NCBI RefSeq assembly: GCF_964213995.1
Contig: NC_135814.1
Coordinates: 9,300,001 to 9,364,000 of the forward strand
Direction of reading: 5' to 3'
DNA length: 64,000 bases
DNA from: Mustelus asterias
Taxonomy: Eukaryota
Made by a program: the position numbers and the translations under genes. Shown piece after piece: positions 13,351 to 25,589 of this stretch; position 1 is the first letter of the stretch, and every line of letters starts with the position of its first letter. A model generated the notes under the pieces. It searched no databases. It was not told the origin of the DNA and saw nothing but the letters and a program-made list of their open reading frames with translations.

Positions 13351-14889
13351 TGCGGTACAAGTTGCAGTTGAGGTGAACAGCATAAATGTATTTAAGGAGT
13401 TTTCCGAGTGGAATAAAGAATAGAACAATATTCTGAAATGGTTGGATGAAGTAGGGCGAGAGGAAGCTCATATGGAGCACAAACACTGGCACGAACACGT
13501 TGGGCTGAATGGCCTGTTTCTGTGCTGTACATTCCATGTAATGCTATACAAAGCTTGTTTCTTCCTTATCAATTTTTCCCACCACACCATTAACCTCAAT
13601 TTTCATCAAATAAAAAAACATTAGTACCTCGAGCACAGATGGTCAGTGAAAACTGAAGATTATTGCCAGGGTACAAGTGCCCACATCCACTGTATTGTCC
13701 CTGCCACGGTTGTGATCAAGGATGTGGCTTTGTGCAGTGGTCCCACATCAACTGGGTGCTGCTTCGATAATAACGAAAAACTCATTTCACTTGGCAACAC
13801 ATACATTGAAACAATAGACAGTGAACACCAATCTTGTCATGCCTTATCTACGCACGGCCGAGCCAGAGTGGCTTGGCCAGGTTCGATAGCACTTGCTGGA
13901 ATGAGATTAAGCAAAATGTGTTGCTGCCTGGTTACCAATTGTCCTCAATTCATGGACTGTCAATTATAGAGGGTCGATAAACGAGTCGTGTTGATTAACA
14001 GCATTCTAGTGACTGACTTTGGCTTGTTGACATAACAGCACGTCACTGTTACTCAGTCTCTATCTCCTGAAATGCATTTAAACCACAGAATCCCAGGGGA
14101 ACAAGCCAAGGTACAAAAGGCATCAGTGGTGCCAGCCTCAGTGATCTCCTAGAGCCAAGCCTGATCATTTATGAGGTGGGGGAGTGGAGGGGTCACAGGA
14201 AATTCCCAGCATTTGCTTTCCCTAAATATTTCTTCCCTCGCCAGAGGATTTTGAGGCTGGGATTGAGGCTGGGGCGGATTTAACTGCGTGGGCAGAAGCA
14301 AGCTGGTCATTTCCTGTTCATAAATAAAACTGGAGTTTGTACAAATCAGAAACCAGGATCTTCCTCCAGCTTTAAAAAAAGAAACACAATTGCTTTAATA
14401 TTTTTGTTCTTTCTAGAACAGCTCAAGCAATATTTAACAGTAGCTTGTATTTGTTTAGCACTTTTTAGAATAGTGAACGTCACCTCACAGGAGCGTTAGC
14501 AAGCTGAATTTGACACTGAGCCACTCGGGGTATTCTAGAACATGAACACTTGCCCGCTAACCTCAATGATGTCTCGCTCCCAGGATGTGGCCTCCTGAAA
14601 ATCAGAAGCCAGACGGACTCTTTACTCTCCCCCCCCCCCATTAATGTAAACATGGGTGAGGCTGGTGCCATGGTCAGATGGCACAGGGGAGATTTACAAG
14701 GATGTTGCCAGGACTGGAAAGGCCAGTCCTATTGACCTTGGGAGCGGTCAGTGACTAGGGGACATATATTTAGTGACTGGTAGAAAGATCAGAGGGGAGG
14801 CAAGGAAAGACTTTTACCCCCCGAGGGTGTAGGAGTCTGAAACTCTACCTGAACACATGCAGGCATTGGGACTTAGGGAGGAAAGCGCA

Positions 14890-15237
14890 GAATCTTAGAA
14901 GAATCTTAGAAACCCTACAGCACAGAAAGAGGCCATACGGCCCATCGAGTCTGCACCGACCACAATCCCACCCAGGCCCTACCCCCATATCCCTACATAT
15001 TTACCCACTAATCCCTCTAACCTACGCATCCCAGGACACTAAGGGCAATTTTAGCATGGCCAATCAACCTAACCCGCACATCTTTGGACTGTGGGAGGAA
15101 ACCGGAGCACTCGGAGGAAACCCACGCAGACACGAGGAGAATGTGCAAACTCCACACAGACAGTGACCCAAGCCGGGAATCGAACCCAGGTCCCTGGAGC
15201 TGTGAAGCAGCAGTGCTAACCACTGTGCTACCGTGCC
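14890..15237 (-). mobile_element. HE1-type V-SINE (young)
   Basis: Complete copy, close to the other young HE1 copies. Confidence 0.9.
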
Positions 15238-15422
15238 ATCAGGTGACTTGAATTTCTAGCAATCATGATTGAAATCCACTGTATTTCAATTAGCTTTGAA
15301 AAGAAAGCCTCCGAGCAAACACGCAATGAATAGGAACGAGTGGCATCGAGTTTCCTTAGCCTTTTCAGGGCAGGCTTATAAGCAACAGACAAAGGCCTTC
15401 TTGAATTCAGACTGTAACTTAC

Positions 15423-15559
15423 ACGGCGCATAAAACATAACGAGCACTGATGAATGTTCCTTCACGAATCCATCGAAGCTATCGTCGGTTAAGTGCGAGA
15501 CGGCAGACTCCTGCTCCGCCCATGGGACCTCTGGGGCTTTTGGCTGCACTGCTTGTGGA
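15423..15559 (-). CDS. PDIA5: PDIA5 coding exon (~exon 11, 137 nt): (N)PQAVQPKAPEVPWAEQESAVSHLTDDSFDGFVKEHSSVLVMFYAP(W)
   Basis: cttttgccaccAG acceptor and CGT|GTAAGT donor; HLTD..FD.FVKEHSSVLVMF motif. Confidence 0.97.
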
Positions 15560-16169
15560 CTGGTGGCAAAAGGAATGCAAGGGCTTGATGAAGATGAAAA
15601 CGCACCAGAGAGAGACTATTGTCCAAACCATCAATCGATTACCAGATCCCGCTTGATAATGCTTCAATTCAATCGCACCCCCATACATCTTTGTCAGTCT
15701 GATTAAGAGCAACTCTTCTGATGGCTGAGTGCATTGAGCCCGGCTGCACTGAAGTTTATGTGGCCAAGCAAGATAAAGTACAACACAAAGAACCTCATTC
15801 TAGAAAATGTTTGTCATTAGGCAAGTAATTTTTTTTTGCTTTTGGCCCTTTTGGTTGCTCAGATCCAGGAACAAGATACTTTCACAGACAATAAGCTATG
15901 AGTAAACATTTGTTTAGATGAACGATAAGGACATTAGGATAGTCCGTGTGTTTCATTGAGTTATCATGAAAACATGCCCAATGTAATTAGACTAACATCA
16001 AAGTTTAAGACGAATTCATAATCTCAATGCAACGAAGCATTTATAACGCTGATGTATTAAAATAGCCTGAGAGGCAAAAAAAAATCATCCATTGTATCCA
16101 TGGCAGTAGCGTCTGCAAGATAAGGCACATATAATTTTCTTTATACATACAACACTTAATCTTACTCAC

Positions 16170-16241
16170 TTTTTCATCCATTCAACAAAATCTTGGGCTG
16201 TAGCTCCGTAGTTTTCAAAATTAAACAGAAACTTTCCCTTC
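16170..16241 (-). CDS. PDIA5: PDIA5 coding exon (~exon 10, 72 nt): (E)KGKFLFNFENYGATAQDFVEWMK(N)
   Basis: ctttcaaaAG acceptor and AA|GTGAGT donor; matches KG.FLF...NYG.TA.D.VEW.KN. Confidence 0.95.
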
Positions 16242-16929
16242 CTTTTGAAAGAAGCCAGAGGAAAAAAACTCAATTATCATGTAAATCTATGCAGCATTGC
16301 ACAATACTCGAAATCGTTCTGATAAAGGACGGGGACTCTTGGGATTAAATGGGCTGAAGGGACTGCTTCACACGAAGCCATCTAGTGAATGCATCGTACT
16401 GAAATGGGAGCGGCCATTACTTTTCATTAAAAACAGAAAATGCCAGATAAACTCAGCACGTTTAACCAGTTTTCATTTCAGATTCCCAGCATCCACAGTA
16501 TTTTGCTTTTATTTGACTAATATGTCTCATGTTTCACTTATTCTATTGCAAAATCCAGTATGATAGCACTTCAAATTTTGACTGTCTACACATAAATAAA
16601 TAGTGCAGGAATTAGGCCCTAAACAAGTTCCTGGGACTTGACTAACAGAAATAAATGTAGAGTTTGTTTGCAAAAAGAGATCATCTTCCCTTTGCTTCCA
16701 GGACTGCTGACTCAGGTTGAACCAGAGATCCAAGTCCACAGGGGCTGTTCAATACCTCAGGCAAGAGGCAATTATTTGTGGACAACAGAAACCTGTGAGC
16801 GCGGTTTCATTTTTTTTTCACCAACATTGGTGAAAATTGGCTCAACGGCCAAGTCAAATCAGATGCATTTGCTTTCCTGCAGCAACCAGGATAGAAGAGT
16901 AGGACGGCTAGCTGACTCTCTTTGTTAGC

Positions 16930-17230
16930 CGTGGCGCAGTGGACAGCTAGCTCGCTCGAGTCAGACGGTTAAGGGTTCAAATTCCACAACAGGTACTGAA
17001 GCACAAAACCTCAGCCAGCACTCTCTCGTGCAGTGCAGAAGGAGCGCTGCACTGCTGGAGATGCCATCTTTCAGATAAGATGCTAAACCAAGACCCCGCC
17101 CACCCGGGTGCATGCACAGGATCCCGCTACAACTTTTTGAAGAGTGGGGTGTTGTCCCTGGTATCATCGCCAACATCCATCCTTCAACCAATATCATCAG
17201 AGCAGACGGCCTGAGGTCATACTACATTTG
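16930..17230 (+). mobile_element. Deu-domain SINE (SacSINE1/AmnSINE1-like), old
   Basis: tRNA-like head followed by gtgcagtgcagaaggagcgctgcactgctggagatgccatctttcagataagatgctaaacc, which resembles the Deu domain. Confidence 0.7.
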
Positions 17231-17296
17231 CCCATGAAAGTCATCAAAAAGGACCTTTGATCTAAAGCCACTATTTTTTTAAAAAACCTACATTTG

Positions 17297-17610
17297 GGGC
17301 GGCATGGTGGTTGGCACTGCTGCCTCACAGCGCCAGGGACTCGGGTTCGATTCTCAGCTTAGGTCACTGTCTGTGTGGAGTTTGCACGTTCTCCCTGTGT
17401 ATGCGTGGGTTTCCTCCCACAGTTCAAAGATGTGCGGGTTAGGTGGATTGGCCATGCTAAATTGCCCCTTAGTATCCCGGGATGCGTAGGTTAGAGAGAT
17501 TAGCGCAGTAAATATGTGGGGTTACGGGGATAGGGGCTGGGTGGGATTGTGGTCGGTGCAGACTCGATGGGTCGAATGGCCTCCTTCTGCACTGCAGGGA
17601 TTCTATTCTA
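17297..17610 (+). mobile_element. HE1-type V-SINE
   Basis: Full head, core and tail. Confidence 0.9.
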
Positions 17611-18449
17611 TATCATCTTCACAATCCAACACAAATAACACGGAAGTGGAAATTTATACCAGTTTTCGGAATTACATCCAGACCTGATGGGACAATTAAG
17701 CTGTGTACTCATTGGCACAGAATGAGAAAACGGCAGCGCACTTGCGAACATCAATTAGAAGCATTCTATGGGAAAAATTGCCTTTTTTAAAATAAAGTAA
17801 AGACGAGATCGCTTTCAACTCCGGAGACAGAAAACCCAGAAAGTCATGCATTTAAAAAAAAAACACTTTAAAATTCATAATTTGACAGTTTCTGTGAAAT
17901 GATTCTTTGGGCAATTTGTGAAGAGAGAATTTTAAATAGGTCCTCAGGAAGCTATGGTAATTTTAAAACAGCTTTTATAGCGATCAATTTTAAGCAACAC
18001 TATAAACATCATTTTATAAATATACTTCAGAAACATTTCCTAATTTGCTCAAATTAACAAATGGCAATCAGTCTGGGCAAAATTCCAATTAAGTTCATCG
18101 ACATTCCCCAAAGGATCGGATTTTGCAACAGTAATTACCATCTTTAATGCTGAAAAATCATTCTTTTTTCCCAGCCAAATTGACATATGCAAATCATTCC
18201 TTCCCCCCACCCGCCAGTCTCCAACTTTCGACCGTGAATTGCTTCAAGAAGTCAGCACGACAGCGAGGCAGAAAATAAATACTGATGGGTTGGATTGAGC
18301 AGGTTTTCCTCCAGTGCATTCCTATTTGTCTTTCAAACTAAATGTTCATAACCGGCCTGCAGAAGATATTGCCTGACAAAATGACGACTGTTATTCACTT
18401 TCTAAATCTTTTCCTCCATTTATATTAGGCAGAAGGGATTCTGAACTTT

Positions 18450-18725
18450 ATAAAGAGAGGCAGAAGAGTTCAAAAGTCAGGAAGTTGCACTGAGCCTTCA
18501 GAAAACACTGGCTCGGCCACAGCTGCGGCCAATTCTGGGCACCGCACATTTACGAATGATGTCCAGGCCTCGGAGCAGCTGCAGAGGAGGTTCACCAGAA
18601 TGGCACATGGAGTAGTGGGTTTCAGGTAGGTGGGGAGACCAAAGGGGTGAAGATCACTTTCCTTGCAGGAGAGATTAAATCTCAACACAGATTTAAGAGA
18701 TGCTAAAAATATTGAAGGATTTGGA
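18450..18725 (+). mobile_element. Old CR1 3' remnant hosting the G-rich array (its tail resumes at ~24960-25020)
   Basis: ctgcagaggaggttcaccagaatg encodes LQRRFTRM; a CR1-type tail aaatggcctccttc...ttctat follows the array. Confidence 0.65.
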
Positions 18726-18729
18726 CAGA

Positions 18730-21700
18730 AGGAAAGGAAAGAGGGGGGGGGGAAAGAGGGCAGAGGGGGGGGGAAAGAGGGCAGAGGGGGGGGGAAAGAG
18801 GGCAGAGGGGGGGGGAAAGAGGGCAGAGGGGGGGAAAGAGGGCAGAGGGGGGGGGAAAGAGGGCAGAGGGGGGGGGAAAGAGGGCAGAGGGGGGGGAAAG
18901 AGGGCAGAGGGGGGGGGAAAGAGGGCAGGGGGGGGGAAAGAGGGCGGGGGGGGAAAGAGGGCGGGGGGGGAGAGGGCGGGGGGGAAAGGGCGGGGGGGAA
19001 AGGGCGGGGGGGAAAGGGCGGGGGGGAAAGGGCGGGGGGGGAAGGGCGGGGGGGGAAAGGGCGCGGGGGGAAAGGGCAGCGGGGAAAGGGCAGCGGGGGA
19101 AAGGGCAGCGGGGGAAAGGGCAGCGGGGGAAAGGGCGGGGAAAGGGCGGGGGGGAATGGGCGGGGGGGAATGGGCGGGGGGGGAAAGGGCGGGGGGGGAA
19201 GGGGCGGGGGGGAATGGGCGGGGGGGAATGGGCGGGGGGAATGGGCGGGGGGGAAAGGGCGGGGGGGAAAGGGCGGGGGGGAAAGGGCGGGGGGGAAGGG
19301 CGGGGGGGGAAAGGGCGGGGGGGGAAAGGGCGGGGGGGAAAGGGCGGGGGGGGAAAGGGCGGGGGGGGAAAGGGCGGGGGGGGAAAGGGCGGGGGGGAAA
19401 GGGCGGGGGGGGAAAGGGCGGGGGGGAAAGGGCGGGGGGGGAAAGGGCGGGGGGGGAAAGGGCGGGGGGGAAAGGGCGGGGGGGGAAAGGGCGGGTGGGG
19501 AAAGGGCGGGTGGGGAAAGGGCGGGGTGGGGAAAGGGCGGGGGGGAAAGGGCGGGGGGGGAAAGGGCGGGGGGGGAAAGGGCGGGGGGGGAAAGGGCGGG
19601 GGGGGAAAGGGCGGGGGGGGAAAGGGCGGGGGGGGAAAGGGCGGGGGGGGAAAGGGCGGGGGGGGAAAGGGCGGGGGGGGAAAGGGCGGGGGGGGAAAGG
19701 GCGGGGGGGTAAAGGGCGGGGGGGTAAAGGGCGGGGGGGTAAAGGGCGGGGGGGTAAAGGGCGGGGGGGTAAAGGGCGGGGGGGAAAGGGCGGGGGGAAA
19801 GGGCGGGGGGGAAAGGGCGGGGGGGAAAGGGCGGGGGGGGAAAGGGCGGGGGGGAAGGGGCGGGGGGGAAAGGGCGGGGGGGGAAAGGGCGGGGGGGGAA
19901 AGGGCGGGGGGGGAAAGGGCGGGGGGGGAAAGGGCGGGGGGGAAAGGGCGGGGGGGAAAGGGCGGGGGGGGAAAGGGCGGGGGGGAAAGGGCGGGGGGGA
20001 AAGGGCGGGGGGGAAAGGGGGGGGGGAAAGGGCGGGGGGGAAAGGGCGGGGGGGAAAGGGCGGGGGGGGAAAGGGCGGGGGGGGAAAGGGCGGGGGGGAA
20101 AGGGCGGGGGGGAAAGGCGGGGGGGAAAGGGGCGGGGGGGAAAGGGCGGGGGGAAAGGGCGGGGGGGAAAGGGCGGGGGGGAAAGGGCGGGGGGGAAAGG
20201 GCGGGGGGGAAAGGGCGGGGGGGAAAGGGCGGGGGGGGAAAGGGCGGGGGGGAAAGGGCGGGGGGGGAAAGGGCGGGGGGGGAAAGGGCGGGGGGGAAAG
20301 GGCGGGGGGGGAAAGGGCGGGGGGAAAGGGCGGGGGGGGAAAGGGCGGGGGGGGAAAGGGCGGGGGGGGAAAGGGCGGGGGGGGGAAAGGGCGGGGGGGG
20401 AAAGGGCGGGGGGGAAAGGGCGGGGGGGAAAGGGCGGGGGGGGGAAAGGGCGGGGGGGGAAAGGGCGGGGGGGGAAAGGGCGGGGGGAAAGGGCGGGGGG
20501 GAAAGGGCGGGGGGGGAAAGGGCGGGGGGGAAAGGGCGGGGGGAAAGGGCGGGGGGGAAAGGGCGGGGGGGGAAAGGGCGGGGGGGGAAAGGGCGGGGGG
20601 GGAAAGGGCGGGGGGGGAAAGGGCGGGGGGGGAAAGGGCGGGGGGGGAAAGGGCGGGGGGGAAAGGGCGGGGGGGAAAGGGCGGGGGGGAAAGGGCGGGG
20701 GGGAAAGGGCGGGGGGGAAAGGGCGGGGGGGAAAGGGCGGGGGGGAAAGGGCGGGGGGGAAAGGGCGGGGGGGAAAGGGCGGGGGGGAAAGGGCGGGGGG
20801 AAAGGGCGGGGGGGAAAGGGCGGGGGGGAAAGGGCGGGGGGGAAAGGGCGGGGGGGAAAGGGCGGGGGGAAAGGGCGGGGGGAAAGGGCGGGGGGGAAAG
20901 GGCAGAGGAGGGGGGGAAGGGCAGAGGAGGGGGGGAAGGGCAGAGGAGGGGGGAAGGGCAGAGGAGGGGGGAAAGGGCAGAGGAGGGGGGGAAAGGGCAG
21001 AGGAGGGGGGGAAAGGGCAGAGGAGGGGGGGAAAGGGCAGAGGAGGGGGGAAAGGGCAGAGGAGGGGGGGAAAGGGCAGAGGAGGGGGGAAAGGCAGAGG
21101 AGGGGGGGAAAGGGCAGAGGAGGGGGGAAAGGGCAGAGGAGGGGGGGAAAGGGCAGAGGAGGGGGGGAAAGGGCAGAGGAGGGGGGAAAGGGCAGAGGAG
21201 GGGGGGAAAGGGCAGAGGAGGGGGGGAAAGGGCAGAGGAGGGGGGGAAAGGGCAGAGGAGGGGGGGAAAGGGCAGAGGAGGGGGGGAAAGGGCAGAGGAG
21301 GGGGGGAAAGGGCAGAGGAGGGGGGGAAAGGGCAGAGGAGGGGGGGAAAGGGCAGAGGAGGGGGGGAAAGGGCAGAGGAGGGGGGGAAAGGGCAGAGGAG
21401 GGGGGGAAAGGGCAGAGGTGGGGGGGAAAGGGCAGAGGAGGGGGGGAAAGGGCAGAGGAGGGGGGGAAAGGGCAGAGGAGGGGGGAAAGGGCAGAGGAGG
21501 GGGGGAAAGGGCAGAGGAGGGGGGGGAAAGGGCAGAGGAGGGGGGAAAGGGCAGAGGAGGGGGGAAAGGGCAGAGGAGGGGGGAAAGGGCAGAGGAGGGG
21601 GGGAAAGGGCAGAGGAGGGGGGGAAAGGGCAGAGGAGGGGGGGAAAGGGCAGAGGAGGGGGGGAAAGGGCAGAGGAGGGGGGGAAAGGGCAGAGGAGGGG

Positions 21701-22290
21701 GGGAAAGGGCAGAGGAGGGGGGAAAGGGCAGAGGAGGGGGGAAAGGGCAGAGGAGGGGGAAAGGGCAGAGGAGGGGGGGAAAGGGCAGAGGAGGGGGGAA
21801 AGGGCAGAGGAGGGGGGAAAGGGCAGAGGAGGGGGGGAAAGGGCAGAGGAGGGGGGAAAGGGCAGAGGAGGGGGGGAAAGGGCAGAGGAGGGGGGGAAAG
21901 GGCAGAGGAGGGGGGGAAAGGGCAGAGGAGGGGGGGAAAGGGCAGAGGAGGGGGGGAAAGGGCAGAGGAGGGGGGGAAAGGGCAGAGGAGGGGGGAAAGG
22001 GCAGAGGGAGGGGGGAAAGGGCAGAGGAGGGGGGGAAAGGGCAGAGGAGGGGGGGAAAGGGCAGAGGAGGGGGGAAAGGGCAGAGGAGGGGGGAAAGGGC
22101 AGAGGAGGGGGGAAAGGGCAGAGGAGGGGGGGAAAGGGCAGAGGAGGGGGGGAAAGGGCAGAGGAGGGGGGGAAAGGGCAGAGGAGGGGGGGAAAGGGCA
22201 GAGGAGGGGGGGAAAGGGCAGAGGAGGGGGGGAAAGGGCAGAGGAGGGGGGAAAGGGCAGAGGAGGGGGGAAAGGGCAGAGGAGGGGGGG
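18730..22290 (+). repeat. G-rich tandem array in three domains: GGGCAGAG(n)AAAGA, GGGCG(n)AAA, GGGCAGAGGAG(n)AAA
   Basis: Directly visible ~14-21 nt units, nearly all purine on the plus strand. Confidence 0.98.
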
Positions 22291-24775
22291 GAACATAGAA
22301 CATAGAAAGCCACAGCACAAACAGGCCCTTCGGCCCACAAGTTGCGCCGATCACATCCCCACCTCTAGGCCTATCTATAGCCCTCAATCCCATTAAATCC
22401 CATGTACTCATCCAGAAGTCTCTTAAAAGACCCCAACGAGTTTGCCTCCACCACCACCGACGTCAGCCGATTCCACTCACCCACCACCCTCTGAGTGAAA
22501 AACTTACCCCTGACATCCCCCCTGTACCTACCCCCCAGCACCTTAAACCTGTGTCCTCTCGTAGCAACCATTTCAGCCCTTGGAAATCGCCTCTGAGAGT
22601 CCACCCTATCCAGACCCCTCAACATCTTGTAAACCTCTATCAGGTCACCTCTCATCCTTCGTCTCTCCAGGGAGAAGAGACCAAGCTCCCTCAACCTATC
22701 CTCATAAGGCATGCCCCCCAATCCAGGCAACATCCTTGTAAATCTCCTCTGCACCCTTTCAATGGCTTCAACATCTTTCCTGTAATGAGGTGACCAGAAC
22801 TGCGCGCAGTACTCCAAGTGGGGTCTAACCAGGGTCCTATAAAGCTGCAGCATTATCTCCCGACTCCTAAACTCAATCCCTCGATTAATGAAGGCTAGTA
22901 CGCCATACGCCTTCTTGACCGCATCCTCCACCTGCGAGGCCGATTTAAGAGTCCTATGGACCCGGACCCCAAGGTCCCTCTGATCCTCTACACTGCTAAG
23001 AATGGTACCCTTCATTTTATACTGCTGCTCCATCCCATTGGATCTGCCAAAATGGATCACCACACACTTATCCGGGTTGAAGTCCATCTGCCACTTCTCC
23101 GCCCAGTCCTGCATTCTATCTATGTCTCGCTGCAACTTCTGACATCCCTCCAAACTATCCACAACACCACCTACCTTGGTGTCGTCAGCAAACTTACCAA
23201 CCCATCCCTCCACTTCCTCATCCAGGTCATTTATGAAAATGACAAACAGCAAGGGTCCCAGAACAGATCCCTGGGGCACTCCACTGGTCACTGACCTCCA
23301 TGCAGAGAAAGACCCCTCCACAGCCACTCTCTGCCTTCTGCAGGCAAGCCAGTTCTGGATCCACAAGGCAACAGCCCCTTGGATCCCATGCCCTCTCACT
23401 TTCTCAAGAAGTCTTGCATGGGGGACCTTATCGAACGCTTTGCTGAAGTCCATATAGACCACATCCACCGCTCTTCCTTCGTCAATGTGCTTGGTCACAT
23501 TTTCAAAGAACTCAACCAGGCTCGTAAGGCACGACCTGCCCCTGACAAAGCCGTGCTGACTACTTTTGATCATACTAAACTTCTCTAGATGATCATAAAT
23601 CCTGTCTCTCAGGATCCTCTCCATCAACTTACCAACCACTGAGGTTAGACTCACCGGTCGGTAATTTCCTGGGCTGTCCCTGTTCCCTTTCTTGAATATA
23701 GGGACCACATCCGCAATCCTCCAATCCTCCGGAACCTCTCCCGTCTCCATCGACGATGCAAAGATCATCGCCAAAGGCTCCGCAATCTCCTCCCTCGCCT
23801 CCCACAGTAACCTGGGGTACATCCCATCCGGTCCCGGCGACTTACCAACCTTGATGCCATTCAATAGTTCCAACACATCCTCTTTCTTTATGTCCACATG
23901 CTCGATCCTTTCTGTCCTCCGCAATCCAGCAGTACAACCACCCAGATCCCTTTCCACCGTGAATACCGAGGTAAAGTATTCATTAAGCACCTCCGCCATT
24001 TCTAACGGTTCCGCACAAACTTTTCCCCCTTCACCTTTTAAGGGTCCTATGCCTTCACATCTCATCCTTTTACTCTTGACATATTTGTAGAAAGCCTTGG
24101 GATTCTCCTTAATCTTACCCGCCAAGGTCTTCTCATGACCCCTTCTCGCTCTCCTAATTTCCTTCTTAAGCTCCTTCCTACATCGCGTATACTCCTCTAA
24201 ATCCTTAACACCTCCTAGCTCTCTGAACCTTCTGTACGCCTCTCTTTTCTTATTTACCAGGTTCATCACAACCTTCGTGCACCACGGTTCCCGTACCCTA
24301 CCAACACCCCCCTGTCTCATCGGAACGTTGTCATGCAGAGCTCCAGACAAACATTCCTTGAAAATCCTCCACTTTCCTTCGGCACTTTTCCCCAAGAATG
24401 CCTCCTTCCAATTTACCCGTCTAATTTCCTCCCTGATGACACTGTATTTCCCTTTACTCCAGAGAAACACTTTCCTAGCCTGCCTGACCCTATCTCTTTC
24501 CAATGCTATCGTGAAGGAGATAGAATTATGATCGCTATCCCCAAGATGCTCACCCACCGAGAGATCCTCCACCTGTCCAGGTTCATTAGCCAGCACCAGA
24601 TCAAGAACAGCCTCTCCTCTAGTAGGCTTATCCACATACTGTGTCAGGAAACTCTCCTGGACACACCTAACAAACTCCTCTCCATCCAAACCCCTAGCCC
24701 TAGGGATATTCCAATCTATGTTTGGGAAATTAAAATCTCCCATCACGACAACTCTGTTATTCCTACATCTCTCCA
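22291..24775 (-). mobile_element. Young 5'-truncated CR1 LINE with intact partial ORF2 (endonuclease C-terminal half plus RT; 22371..24746, 791 aa)
   Basis: GDFN and SDH endonuclease motifs; YRPVSLTS, DFSKAFD, GVPQGSVLGP, FADD; (TTCTATG)n tail; no stop or frameshift. Confidence 0.97.
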
Positions 24776-24960
24776 GGAAAGGGCAGAGGAGGGGGGGAAA
24801 GGGCAGAGGAGGGGGGGAAAGGGCAGAGGAGGGGGGGAAAGGGCAGAGGAGGGGGGGAAAGGGCAGAGGAGGGAGGGAAAGGGCAGAGAAGGGGGGAAAA
24901 GGAGGGGGAAAAGGAAGGGGAAAAAGGAGACAGGAAGGATTAAAGGAAGAAAGGATGGAA
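24776..24960 (+). repeat. Continuation of the GGGCAGAGGAG(n)AAA array, decaying into GA-rich sequence
   Basis: Same ~20-mer unit as 20900-22290. Confidence 0.95.
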
Positions 24961-25589
24961 AAAAGTAAGCGGAGCTATGCAAGTCAAATGGCCTCCTTCG
25001 GTGCTACATGGTTCTATCAAAAATAAATAATTTCCGAGAATATGCTTTACTTTGAAGTGCTGCAATTGGTTTGAACACCCCCAGGATTTGCAAGAGGAAT
25101 GGCTACTTGGGTGAGATATGCTAAGTAGGCCAACATCTGTGCAAATATATCCCAATGGAAGCCTTTCAGCAAAGGAACAGGCGAAAAGTCAGATCGGAAA
25201 ACATCCAGTGTTTTGTTTTTAACCCACTTCAGCAATTGTTTCACATTTGTACTGTTCTGTGGAGAAAGAATTGGGCCACATTATGGCAGTAAACCACAGG
25301 GAAACAGTGGTGACTTGGCAGACCAGAAAGACTTGATCGAATTGAATCCTTCATGCCCTTAACACAGTCTCTAATCCGGGGAATGATACATTCTTCCTCA
25401 GACACATGCTTTGCAATGGTTGGGTGGGTTTACAATTCCCAGGCTATTTGATGCTGTGACCACGGCAACATTAAAGAAAATGAACGATGCACTCACCAGT
25501 GACATTATCAGATGGAGTTAGAAGCAAAGGAGCAAACTGGGGCAGAATGCTCATTTTCAAGTAATTATAAACATCTTTTTTAAACTCCC

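Noticed and set aside
18470-22411. Overlapping 350-1300 aa Pro-rich and Gly/Arg/Lys-rich ORFs (extensin- or RGG-like)
   Set aside because: They are open in nearly all frames on both strands only because the G-rich tandem array cannot form stop codons; the region is intronic and has no splice or codon evidence.
22551-24531. Plus-strand ORFs overlapping the young CR1 (also 5102..5539)
   Set aside because: Antisense shadows of the CR1 ORF2.
18730-24960. CRISPR-like or telomeric array
   Set aside because: No unique spacers, no cas genes, vertebrate context, and the units are not TTAGGG.
25047-25244. ORF beginning MKQLLKWVKNK as the exon closing the first thioredoxin domain
   Set aside because: Superficial resemblance only; the true exon with matching sequence, phase and splice sites is 16170-16241.
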